A model generated the notes under the pieces. That model had not been told where the DNA came from and did no database searches. It was given only the letters and a program-made list of their open reading frames with translations. From positions 900,001 through 932,000 of the forward strand of contig NC_017080.1 of NCBI RefSeq assembly GCF_000284115.1: 32,000 nucleotides of DNA, read 5' to 3'. How positions within the stretch are numbered: the stretch's first letter is position 1; every line of letters begins with the position of its first letter. The DNA is from Phycisphaera mikurensis NBRC 102666. GTDB taxonomy: Bacteria; Planctomycetota; Phycisphaerae; Phycisphaerales; Phycisphaeraceae. The translations under genes and the position numbers were made by a program. This document shows, one piece after another, positions 25,801-32,000 of the stretch.

Positions 25801-26540
25801 CCGGCGGCACCGGCGTGGGCCTGCTCGTCCACGCGGTGCTCGAGGACGCGCTGGCCGAGCCCTCTCCCGCCGGCGACGACGCGGCGCCGTGGTGCCGCGC
25901 CCGCGTCGCCGCCACCGGGCCGACGCACGGGCTCGCCCCCGCGTGGCACGACCCGCTCGGCGACGGCCTCGCCGCCACGCTCAGCCGCCCGCTCCCGCTC
26001 GCGGGCCCGGACGAGCCGCCGATTGCGCTGCTGGACACCGATGCCGCGTCCCGCTCCATCGAGCTGCCCTTCGTGCTCGCCGCCGGCGGACCCGGACCCG
26101 GTGAGGTCCCGGTCGGCGCGATCGCGGAGGTGCTCGCCCGCAGCGGCCACGCGGGCACCCGCGAGACCGCGGAGCGTCTGCGCCACGCCGACCCCCGCCC
26201 GGTCGCCGGCCTGCTCGAGGGCTACATCGACCTGGTCGTCCGCGTCGGCGGCCGCTGGCACGTGGTCGACCACAAGAGCAACCGCGTGCCGACCGGCTAC
26301 GGCCCCGCCTCGCTCGACGCCGCCATGGTGCGGGCGATGTACCTGCTGCAGGGCCACCTCTACCTCGCCGCGCTGCACCGGCTGCTGCGGGCCGGCCGCG
26401 ACGGCTACGACCCCGCCGCGCACCTCGGCGGCATGGCCTACCTCTTCGTCCGCGGCATCGCCGCCGGCGGCGACCGCGGCGTCTACACCCACCGGCCCGA
26501 GCCGGGCCTCATCGAGGAGCTCGCGGAGGTGCTGTCGTGA
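22878..26540 (+). CDS. recB: Exodeoxyribonuclease V beta subunit, RecB (UvrD-like helicase plus nuclease)
   Basis: VEASAGTGKTFTIATLHLRFVVE (Walker A), MIDEVQDTDPLQHRILERLF, VRLLTIHRSKGLEFPVVFLPF, C-terminal LLVHAVLEDA and GYIDLVVRVGGRWHVVDHKSN nuclease motifs. TTG start overlaps the recC stop (TTGA). Confidence 0.93.
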   Translation: MNPHPEAAGAEWPLSIALPGRHAVEASAGTGKTFTIATLHLRFVVEAGFPVNRVLVATFTEAATAELKDRLRKNLALARRLVGAAAAEGPAEEVAFAVLRRAGAAGDGLIEQEAASVARRLDRALSAFDAAPVFTLHGFCQRLLTELAFESGARFEEEVLTDARPLLDAAVAAFADAAFGDPASPLADATPAKASEWEPIRLAAKLAVEHPEAVLEPGVDLAAAAAEAARLAAPVEAAWAQRRDAIERELRTLSPGFHKTLSDKLEDHLGTLARAMREKAWAALPGALCETQLRKKVKKNQAPPADPIYAALDALRSFALSPAADLAVAARSAAAGEARARVAGLKRAGGLMGFDDMLQRVAAALADPATGPALAAEVCRRYPVAMIDEVQDTDPLQHRILERLFGDADAEAHAPHARSFFSIGDPKQSIYRFRGADVGGFVTSRQRTPVQNRHGLRTNHRTDAPLVAAAQAVFSTAGGEPFGDTGISLPAISARHAKRAALTPALDVAWVRVGGDDDGPLPTKPAATRKVVRSLVGDVLALLSEAPDLGGRPLGAGDLAVLCEKNKQLDAVAAALAAAGVPAVRPSGESVFRSPEAAIAVDLVVAWLDPTDKPRLRRAMLGPVLGHDPEALDDPDALAAAASLAAACGRRWRRAGFAAALNHAMTASGTVRRLAAESRGERRLTNLLHLGELLEQLAREDGLGPEALLARLRRATARPEEAGTAESAELRLESDAAAVRLLTIHRSKGLEFPVVFLPFLWDGGGGAKRVPVLSRPRAGEDAPAVIDLGSERLPERHLRDEAEQREEKVRLLYVALTRAKHQTRLHVAATKQTGLTPLGGLVCGDTDPKTLKTEDAWRSRLASWCDRVAAEATADLAVQGFDEPAWRTIELRDTQTGHAAPSLSEASPAAAPPLVRRALDRFPPPALRSSSFSSLTAGGHGSASAPEPVDRDAEPAAGGGVPTEAEEEGPLDAMPGGTGVGLLVHAVLEDALAEPSPAGDDAAPWCRARVAATGPTHGLAPAWHDPLGDGLAATLSRPLPLAGPDEPPIALLDTDAASRSIELPFVLAAGGPGPGEVPVGAIAEVLARSGHAGTRETAERLRHADPRPVAGLLEGYIDLVVRVGGRWHVVDHKSNRVPTGYGPASLDAAMVRAMYLLQGHLYLAALHRLLRAGRDGYDPAAHLGGMAYLFVRGIAAGGDRGVYTHRPEPGLIEELAEVLS

Positions 26541-26619
26541 GCGAGACAACCGCCGATCCCGGGTGCCACGCCGCTTGCGGGGTGGCCGAGCCGCGGGTGG
26601 TCCGCGTCGGAGATCGGTC

Positions 26620-28422
26620 ATGAGTCCCTTCAGCGCGCCGTCCCCCACCCCCCAAGGGGCGTGGCACCCGGATGCTGGCGAGGCCTCTCCGCGCGAGCGC
26701 GCGGTTGCCGCGTCGGTGGAGCGGGCCGCGGTCGACGCCGGCGACGCGCCCGAGATCGCCGCCGCGGCGGGCCGGCTCGCCGCGGCGGTGGTCGCCGCCG
26801 AGGCCCGGGGCAGCACGTGCGTCTCGCTCGCCGACCTGCCGCCGGGTGCGGTCTCGACCGCGCCGGACGCGAGCCGCATGATCGCCCACCGGAACGATCA
26901 GGACCGCTCGCCCGTCCGCGATCGCCCGCTCGTGCTCGACGCCGACGCCGGCCTGCTCTTCACCGCCCGCAGCTGGTTCTTCCAGGAGCGGCTCGCGGCG
27001 AACCTCGCCGCCCGCCTCGGCGAGGCGGAGGCGCCGCCCGGCGACACGCTCGCCCGGCTCTTCCCCGACGCCGGCACGCCCGAGGGGGCCGACGCCGCGG
27101 CGGCCGCCGCCGGGCTCGCCGCCTCGCGCTTCGGCGTGCTCACCGGCGGGCCCGGCACCGGCAAGACGACCGCCGCGGCCCGCCTGCTCGCGGCCTTCCT
27201 GCTCGCCGAGGAAGCCGCGGGACGGGACCTCGCGGGGCTGAGGATCGTTCTCGCCACACCAACGGGCAAGGCGGCGGAACGGCTGACCGCGTCGATCCGG
27301 GGCTCCGCCCCGAAGCTCGACGCGCCCGAGGCCGTGCGTGGACGGCTCGCCTCCCTCGAAGCCTCGACGGTCCACCGCCTCCTCGGCTGGACCCCGCTCC
27401 CGCCCGAACGCGGCGGCCCCTTCCGCCGCACCGCCGAGAACCCGCTCGCCGCCGACGTCGTGCTCGTGGACGAGGCCTCGATGATCGGGCTGGAGCTGAT
27501 GAGCCGGCTGTGCGACGCGGTGCGGCCCGATGCGCGGCTGATCCTCATGGGCGACGCCAACCAGCTCGCCAGCGTCGAGGCCGGCGGCGTGCTGGCCGAG
27601 CTGGTGACCGCCGGCGAGGCAGCGGGCCCGCTCGCCGGCCGCGTGTTCCACCTCCGCCACAGCCGGCGCTTCGCTCCCGGCGGCGCGATCGACCGCCTCG
27701 CGAGAGCCGTGCTCGCCGGCGACGACGACGCCGCGCTGGCGCAGCTGCGATCCGCGGACCGCGACGCTTTGGCGACGTTCACGCCCGCGGTCCGCGGTCT
27801 GGATTCCGAGGCCATTGACCTCCTCCAGCAAGACGATCGGGAAGCCGCCTCCCTCGGTGAGGCCGAAGCATTTCGCCTGCGCATCGCCGGCGTCCGCGTG
27901 CTCACCGCCCTCCGCGACGGCCCCTCCGGCGAAGCGGGGTTGAATCAGCGGCTGCTCGGCGCCACGGCACCCGGTGCCCGCACCGAGCAACCCTCCACCT
28001 GGCCCGCCGGCTGCCCCGTCCTCGTCACCCGCAACGACCCCGAGACCGGCCTCTCCAACGGCGACCTCGGCCTGCTCGAGCGGCCCGACGGCCGGCCGCC
28101 CGAAGTCGCCTTCGAGGCGGCCGAAGGCCTACGCCGCGTCGCCCTCGCCCTCATTCCCGGCGCCCGCCCCGGCCACGCGATGACCGTGCACAAAGCCCAG
28201 GGCAGCGAGGCCCACCGCGTCTTCGTCGTCCTCCCCGACCGCGACACCGAGGTGCTCTCCCGCGAGCTGCTCTACACCGCGCTCACCCGCGTCGCCGATC
28301 GCGGCGGCGAGCGCGGCCGCCTCAGCATCCTCGGCCCCGAAGCCGTGCTCCGCGCCGCCATCCGGCGGAAGGGCCTCCGCCGCGGCGGGCTCGTTGCCGC
28401 GTTGTCCGCTGCACCCCCGTAG
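26620..28422 (+). CDS. recD: Exodeoxyribonuclease V alpha subunit, RecD
   Basis: FGVLTGGPGTGKTTAAARLLAAFL, VVLVDEASMIGLELMSRLCDAV, GHAMTVHKAQGSEAHRVFVVLP. ATG 26620 with GGAG upstream. Confidence 0.94.
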   Translation: MSPFSAPSPTPQGAWHPDAGEASPRERAVAASVERAAVDAGDAPEIAAAAGRLAAAVVAAEARGSTCVSLADLPPGAVSTAPDASRMIAHRNDQDRSPVRDRPLVLDADAGLLFTARSWFFQERLAANLAARLGEAEAPPGDTLARLFPDAGTPEGADAAAAAAGLAASRFGVLTGGPGTGKTTAAARLLAAFLLAEEAAGRDLAGLRIVLATPTGKAAERLTASIRGSAPKLDAPEAVRGRLASLEASTVHRLLGWTPLPPERGGPFRRTAENPLAADVVLVDEASMIGLELMSRLCDAVRPDARLILMGDANQLASVEAGGVLAELVTAGEAAGPLAGRVFHLRHSRRFAPGGAIDRLARAVLAGDDDAALAQLRSADRDALATFTPAVRGLDSEAIDLLQQDDREAASLGEAEAFRLRIAGVRVLTALRDGPSGEAGLNQRLLGATAPGARTEQPSTWPAGCPVLVTRNDPETGLSNGDLGLLERPDGRPPEVAFEAAEGLRRVALALIPGARPGHAMTVHKAQGSEAHRVFVVLPDRDTEVLSRELLYTALTRVADRGGERGRLSILGPEAVLRAAIRRKGLRRGGLVAALSAAPP

Positions 28423-28433
28423 GTGAGGAAAGC

Positions 28434-28486
28434 GCGAAGGTGTCAGGTACATTCAGCGAGATGCTGAATGTACCTGACACCTTCGC
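28434..28486. repeat. Perfect 24-bp inverted repeat with 5-nt loop; REP-like element and/or bidirectional terminator between convergent genes
   Basis: GCGAAGGTGTCAGGTACATTCAGC-GAGAT-GCTGAATGTACCTGACACCTTCGC. Confidence 0.85.
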
Positions 28487-28495
28487 CCGGGAGGC

Positions 28496-29308
28496 TCAAT
28501 GCTCGTGCAGCGCCGCGTCGACGACGTGGCCGGTGTCGAGCTTCTCGAGCGCCGGCTCGATCTTCGGGGACCGATGCCGGTACGCGGTCGTGCCCGCCAC
28601 GGGGGCCACGTGCTTCACCGCGTTGGCGAGCACGCGGCGGATGTTCTTGTCCTTGTAGATCGGGAAGGTCTCGTGGCCGGGCCGCAGGTAGAAGATCTTG
28701 CCCGCTCCGCGCTTCCAGCCGCAGCCCGAGCGGAAGACCTCGCCGCCGGCGAACCAGCTGACGAAGACCAGCTCGTCGGGCGTGGGGACGTCGAAGGGCT
28801 CGCCGTACATCTCGGTCTCGGGCAGCTCGAAGAACTCGGCTCGGCCGCCGGGCCCCTTCTCGTCGGCGGGCCCGTCGAGGCCCGCGGTCACCGGGTGCCC
28901 CGGATCGACGACCCACAGCCGCTCTCGCTCGCCGGCCTCCCGCCAGCGGAGGTGGTTGTTCGTGCCCAGCAGCAGCTTGAAGGGCTTGGCGTAGTGGGCG
29001 GAGTGCAGCGGCACGAAGCCCATGCCCTCTCGGACCCGCTGGGCGACCCTCTGCGCGATCTCGTCCCTCACGTCGTCGTGGGCGCCGTGGCCCCACCAGG
29101 TGAGAACGTCCGTGTTCTCCAGCACGCCGTTGCCGAGGCCGTGCTCGCCGTCCTGGTCGAGCAGGGCGGTGGTGACCTCGACCTGATCACCCAGATGCTC
29201 CTCGATCGCCGACTTCATCTCCGCGTGCATGCCGTCGGGGTAGATCTCCTGAACGGTTCGGTTGATCTTCTCGTGGCGGTGTTCGTGCCAGACGGTGACG
29301 CGGAGCAT
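28496..29308 (-). CDS. ThuA-like domain protein
   Basis: MLRVTVWHEHRHEK...VLENTDVLTWWGHGAHDDV...GMGFVPLHSAHYAKPFKLLLGTN...FVSWFAGGEVFRSGCGWKRGAGKIFYLRPGHETFPIYKDKNIRRVLANAVKH. Confidence 0.88.
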   Translation of the reverse strand: MLRVTVWHEHRHEKINRTVQEIYPDGMHAEMKSAIEEHLGDQVEVTTALLDQDGEHGLGNGVLENTDVLTWWGHGAHDDVRDEIAQRVAQRVREGMGFVPLHSAHYAKPFKLLLGTNNHLRWREAGERERLWVVDPGHPVTAGLDGPADEKGPGGRAEFFELPETEMYGEPFDVPTPDELVFVSWFAGGEVFRSGCGWKRGAGKIFYLRPGHETFPIYKDKNIRRVLANAVKHVAPVAGTTAYRHRSPKIEPALEKLDTGHVVDAALHEH

Positions 29309-29420
29309 GAGGTTCCTTCGATGGGTCGTTAGCGTGCGGCCGCGGATCGCGGCGAGAACGCGAGCCTAAGGAAGACGGTCCGCGGCGGGGCGGCCCGGCT
29401 TGGGCCCGTACGCTCCCCGG

Positions 29421-31241
29421 ATGGCCCGTCGCGCGTTGCTGCTGCTGATCTGTCTGCTCCTGCTCGCCCCGCTCGCCGGCGTTGGCGCGGCGGCCCCGGG
29501 GGCTCCGGGGGCGGTGCCCGCGCCTCGCGTCGCGGAGCCGGAGCCGGAGGTCACGCCCGCGCCCGCGGGTCCGACCGGTCCCGCGGAAACGGCTCCGCCC
29601 GCGACCGAGGCCGCTGCGGCCACGCCTCCGCCCGCGGTCGGTTCGCCGCCGGCGGCCACGCCGATCCCGCGCCGCCCGCCGCTCTTGGTCCTGCCCTCGG
29701 GCGCGGAGGTCGCCGTGATCCCGATCGAGGGGATGATCTACGACTTCACGACCGACTCGCTGCGGCGGCGGATGGAGCGGGCCCGGGCCGGCGGCGCGAC
29801 CGTCTTCGTGCTCTCGCTGGACACGCCCGGCGGCGTCGTCACCTCCGCGATCGACATCGCCAAGCTCCTCAAGAGCACACCCGAGCCGACGATCGCCTGG
29901 ATCAACGACCAGGCCTACTCCGCCGGCTCGCTCATCGCCACGTCCTGCGACTACTTGGTCGTCGCGCCCAGCAGCAGCTTCGGGGACTCGGCCCCCGTGT
30001 CGATGGTGGGCGAGCTCGCCCCCACCGAGCGGGCGAAGGCGCTCTCGCCGCTGCTCAACGAGTACCGCGACAACGCCCGGGCGAACGGCCACGACTACGC
30101 CGCGCTGCAGGCGATGTGCGTGCTCGGCGTCGAGCTGTACTACGTGGAGGATCCGGCCACCGGCCGCCGCCACGTGGTGAACCAGGCCGACCACGCCGTG
30201 CTGGTCGGGGGCCTGTCGCCCGCGGAAGCCGACGAGAAGATCGCCGCCATGGCCGACCTCGCCGGCACGGGGAGCGCCGTGGGACGCCCGGCCCGCGAGC
30301 TCGCCGACGCCGCCTCGGCCGGCGCGTGGCGGGCGGTGGAGCAGCTGCCCAGCGGGCGGAAGCTGCCCGGGGGCCGGTTGCACGACGGCAGCACGCTCTA
30401 CACGCTCAGCCAGACCGAGGCGATCGACACCGGCATCGCCGAGGCCGAGGCCCGCACCGAGGCCGACCTCCAGGCCCTGCTCAATGCCGCCTCGGTGAGC
30501 ACCGTCGGGCAGACCTGGAGCGAGGCCCTCGCGATGTTCCTGACCAACCCCTTCGTGCGGATGGGCCTCATCGCGATCTTCGGCATCGGCCTCTTCGTGG
30601 AGATGCTCGCGCCGGGCTTCGGCCTCGCCGGCGGCGTCGCCCTCCTTGCCTTGGCCGCGCTGATCGGGGCGCCGCTGCTGGTGGGCCTCTCGGAGATCTG
30701 GCACATCGGGTTGATGGTGATCGGGGTGGTCATGATCGTGATCGAGCTGCTCGCCACGCCCACCTTCGGCCTGATGGGCATCGTCGGCGTGGGCGCCGTG
30801 CTCGCCGGGCTGGTGCTGTCGACCGTGCCCAGCTCCGGCGGCGGCCCGGTGCCGCTGCCCGCCCCGGGCACCGGCGGCCGCCTCGCCTCGGCCACGATCG
30901 CAACGCTCTTGGCCTTCGTCGTCACCGGCTTCGCGTCGCTGGGCCTGATGAAGGTCTACGGCCGCGTGCCCGGGCTTTCCCGCCTCGTGCTCGGCGACGC
31001 GCCGGCGATCGACGCCCGCTCTGCGCCCCCGGGCCCGGACGCGGACGGCGCCGCGGACCGCGGCCCGGCCGTCGGTGAAACCGGCACGGTCCGCGGCGGC
31101 GGCCTCCGCCCGTCGGGCTCGATCGCCATCGGCGACCGCTGGATCGACGCCGTCTCCGCCGGCGGCTTCATCGAGGAAGGCACCGCCGTCACCGTCGTCG
31201 AGGTCGCCGGCAACCGCGTGGTGGTGGAAGCGGCGGCCTGA
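29421..31241 (+). CDS. NfeD-family membrane-bound serine protease (ClpP class)
   Basis: Signal peptide, VFVLSLDTPGGVVTSAIDIAKLLKSTPEPTIAWINDQAYSAGSLIATSCDYLVVAPSSSFGDSAPV, a TM block, then a C-terminal NfeD OB-like domain (GETGTVRGGGLRPSGSIAIGDRWIDAVSAGGFIEEGTAVTVVEVAGNRVVVE). Confidence 0.88.
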   Translation: MARRALLLLICLLLLAPLAGVGAAAPGAPGAVPAPRVAEPEPEVTPAPAGPTGPAETAPPATEAAAATPPPAVGSPPAATPIPRRPPLLVLPSGAEVAVIPIEGMIYDFTTDSLRRRMERARAGGATVFVLSLDTPGGVVTSAIDIAKLLKSTPEPTIAWINDQAYSAGSLIATSCDYLVVAPSSSFGDSAPVSMVGELAPTERAKALSPLLNEYRDNARANGHDYAALQAMCVLGVELYYVEDPATGRRHVVNQADHAVLVGGLSPAEADEKIAAMADLAGTGSAVGRPARELADAASAGAWRAVEQLPSGRKLPGGRLHDGSTLYTLSQTEAIDTGIAEAEARTEADLQALLNAASVSTVGQTWSEALAMFLTNPFVRMGLIAIFGIGLFVEMLAPGFGLAGGVALLALAALIGAPLLVGLSEIWHIGLMVIGVVMIVIELLATPTFGLMGIVGVGAVLAGLVLSTVPSSGGGPVPLPAPGTGGRLASATIATLLAFVVTGFASLGLMKVYGRVPGLSRLVLGDAPAIDARSAPPGPDADGAADRGPAVGETGTVRGGGLRPSGSIAIGDRWIDAVSAGGFIEEGTAVTVVEVAGNRVVVEAAA

Positions 31242-31284
31242 GCGGGCGCCGCCGCGCGCCGCCTCGCCGCGATTCGGCGCCCGC
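31242..31284. terminator. Possible stem-loop between convergent nfeD-like gene and valS
   Basis: GCGGGCGCCG (31242-31251) pairs with CGGCGCCCGC (31275-31284). No clear T tract, and the local sequence is very GC-rich. Confidence 0.3.
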
Positions 31285-31328
31285 GGGCCGCTGGCGGGGG
31301 GACGATCCGGACCCCGCGCGTCCGGAGG

Positions 31329-32000
31329 TCAGCCGGTTCGCTCGAGAGCCGCCGCCTGTGCCTCGATCGTGGCCAGCCTCGCCTCCGCCGCCGCGAGCTG
31401 GTCGCGGGTTTCCTGCACCAGCTTCGCCGGGGCTCGCGCCGTGTACTTGTCGTTGGCGAGGCGCCCACGCAGCTGGGCGATCGACTCGCCCGCGTCGGCG
31501 GCCTCGGCGGCGAGCCGCTTCCGCTCCTTCTCGGGGTCCGCCCCGAGCCCGTGGAGGAACATCTTCGAGCCGGCGACGAGCACCGTCTCGGCTCCCTTGG
31601 GCGGCTCGACGCCGGGGCCGAAGTCGCGGCCCTGGTAGTGGCCCAGCGTCTCGGCGAGGTGGCGGTGCGGCATCATCCGCGCGGCGAGCTCGTGGGGGAC
31701 GGCGCTGGAGATCTCCAGCTTCTGCCGCGGCGGCAGCCCGTGCCGCTGCCGCACCTCGCGGACCGCGCCGACCACCTCCTGGATCAAGCCGAAGTCCCGC
31801 TCGGCCTCCTCGTCGACCAGCACCGAGGCGGCGACCGGCCAGCCGGCCGTGCACAGAAGCGGCGAACCGGGGAGCTCCAACCCGTCCACGCTCTTCTCCC
31901 CCGGCACCGCGGCGTGCAGCGCGGCGAAGAGCCGCTCGGTCACGAAGGGCATGGCCGGGTGGCACAGCCGCAGCGCCGCGTCGAAGCAGGTCAGCAGCAC
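31329..32000 (-). CDS. valS: Valyl-tRNA synthetase, C-terminal portion (gene continues beyond window)
   Basis: FDAALRLCHPAMPFVTERLFAAL...EVVGAVREVRQRHGLPPRQKLEI...coiled-coil tail ERKRLAAEAADAGESIAQLRGRLANDKYTARAPAKLVQETRDQLAAAEARLATIEAQAAAL. Confidence 0.92.
   Translation of the reverse strand: MLLTCFDAALRLCHPAMPFVTERLFAALHAAVPGEKSVDGLELPGSPLLCTAGWPVAASVLVDEEAERDFGLIQEVVGAVREVRQRHGLPPRQKLEISSAVPHELAARMMPHRHLAETLGHYQGRDFGPGVEPPKGAETVLVAGSKMFLHGLGADPEKERKRLAAEAADAGESIAQLRGRLANDKYTARAPAKLVQETRDQLAAAEARLATIEAQAAALERTG

Noticed and set aside
19326-26540. Plus-strand ORF of 2404 aa read as one giant protein
   Set aside because: Only the part from 22878 is RecB-like. The upstream part is a shifted frame over recC with Arg/Gly/Ala-rich nonsense.
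20121-26879. Minus-strand ORF of 2252 aa
   Set aside because: Antisense to recC, recB and the start of recD. Composition is Arg/Ala/Gly/Ser-rich with low complexity, typical of stop-poor antisense frames in very high-GC DNA.
28440-28658. Short ORF starting inside the palindrome (MSGTFSEMLNVPDTF...)
   Set aside because: It begins in the inverted repeat and runs antisense to the ThuA-like gene; no independent support.
28443-29096. Alternative minus-strand ORF ending in the palindrome (...YIQHLAECT)
   Set aside because: Different frame from the ThuA-like protein; translation is Arg-rich and without motif.
1-32000. CRISPR arrays, tRNA/rRNA genes, IS elements, retrons, toxin-antitoxin or other defence islands
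   Set aside because: No direct-repeat/spacer array, transposase, reverse transcriptase, tRNA-like cloverleaf or defence module other than RecBCD was recognised by eye.

Overview
This is a very high-GC chromosomal window. Its gene content and protein style look like a Phycisphaerae/Planctomycetes genome, possibly Phycisphaera-like (inference only). Most supported genes are ordinary: tatC, an FAD oxidoreductase with a C-terminal Rieske domain, a DUF2959-like lipoprotein, a large secreted orphan, amtB-glnK, an O-antigen-ligase-like membrane protein, a TetR regulator with ispE, a YbgC-like thioesterase, a rhomboid-like membrane protein, ftsW-murG, a GH52 beta-xylosidase, recC-recB-recD, a ThuA-like protein, an NfeD/ClpP-class membrane protease and the 3' part of valS. 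I see no CRISPR array, transposase, rRNA or tRNA. The most interesting signals are non-coding. (1) Upstream of amtB there is a near-consensus sigma-54 promoter with an upstream dyad. It is followed by two perfect hairpins ending in TTTT, which predicts a nitrogen-regulated RNA of about 76 nt or an attenuator. (2) A perfect 24-bp-arm palindrome of low local GC, REP/RAYT-like, lies between convergent recD and thuA. (3) Iteron-like repeats lie upstream of recC. (4) A 15-G tract and strong G-quadruplex-type sequence lie between the rhomboid-like gene and ftsW. (5) Several proteins carry unusual residue changes: the PII protein lacks Tyr51, MurG lacks the HEQN-type motif, and the rhomboid-like protein lacks the GxSG motif. 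Many long ORFs in the supplied track are high-GC antisense or shifted-frame artefacts.
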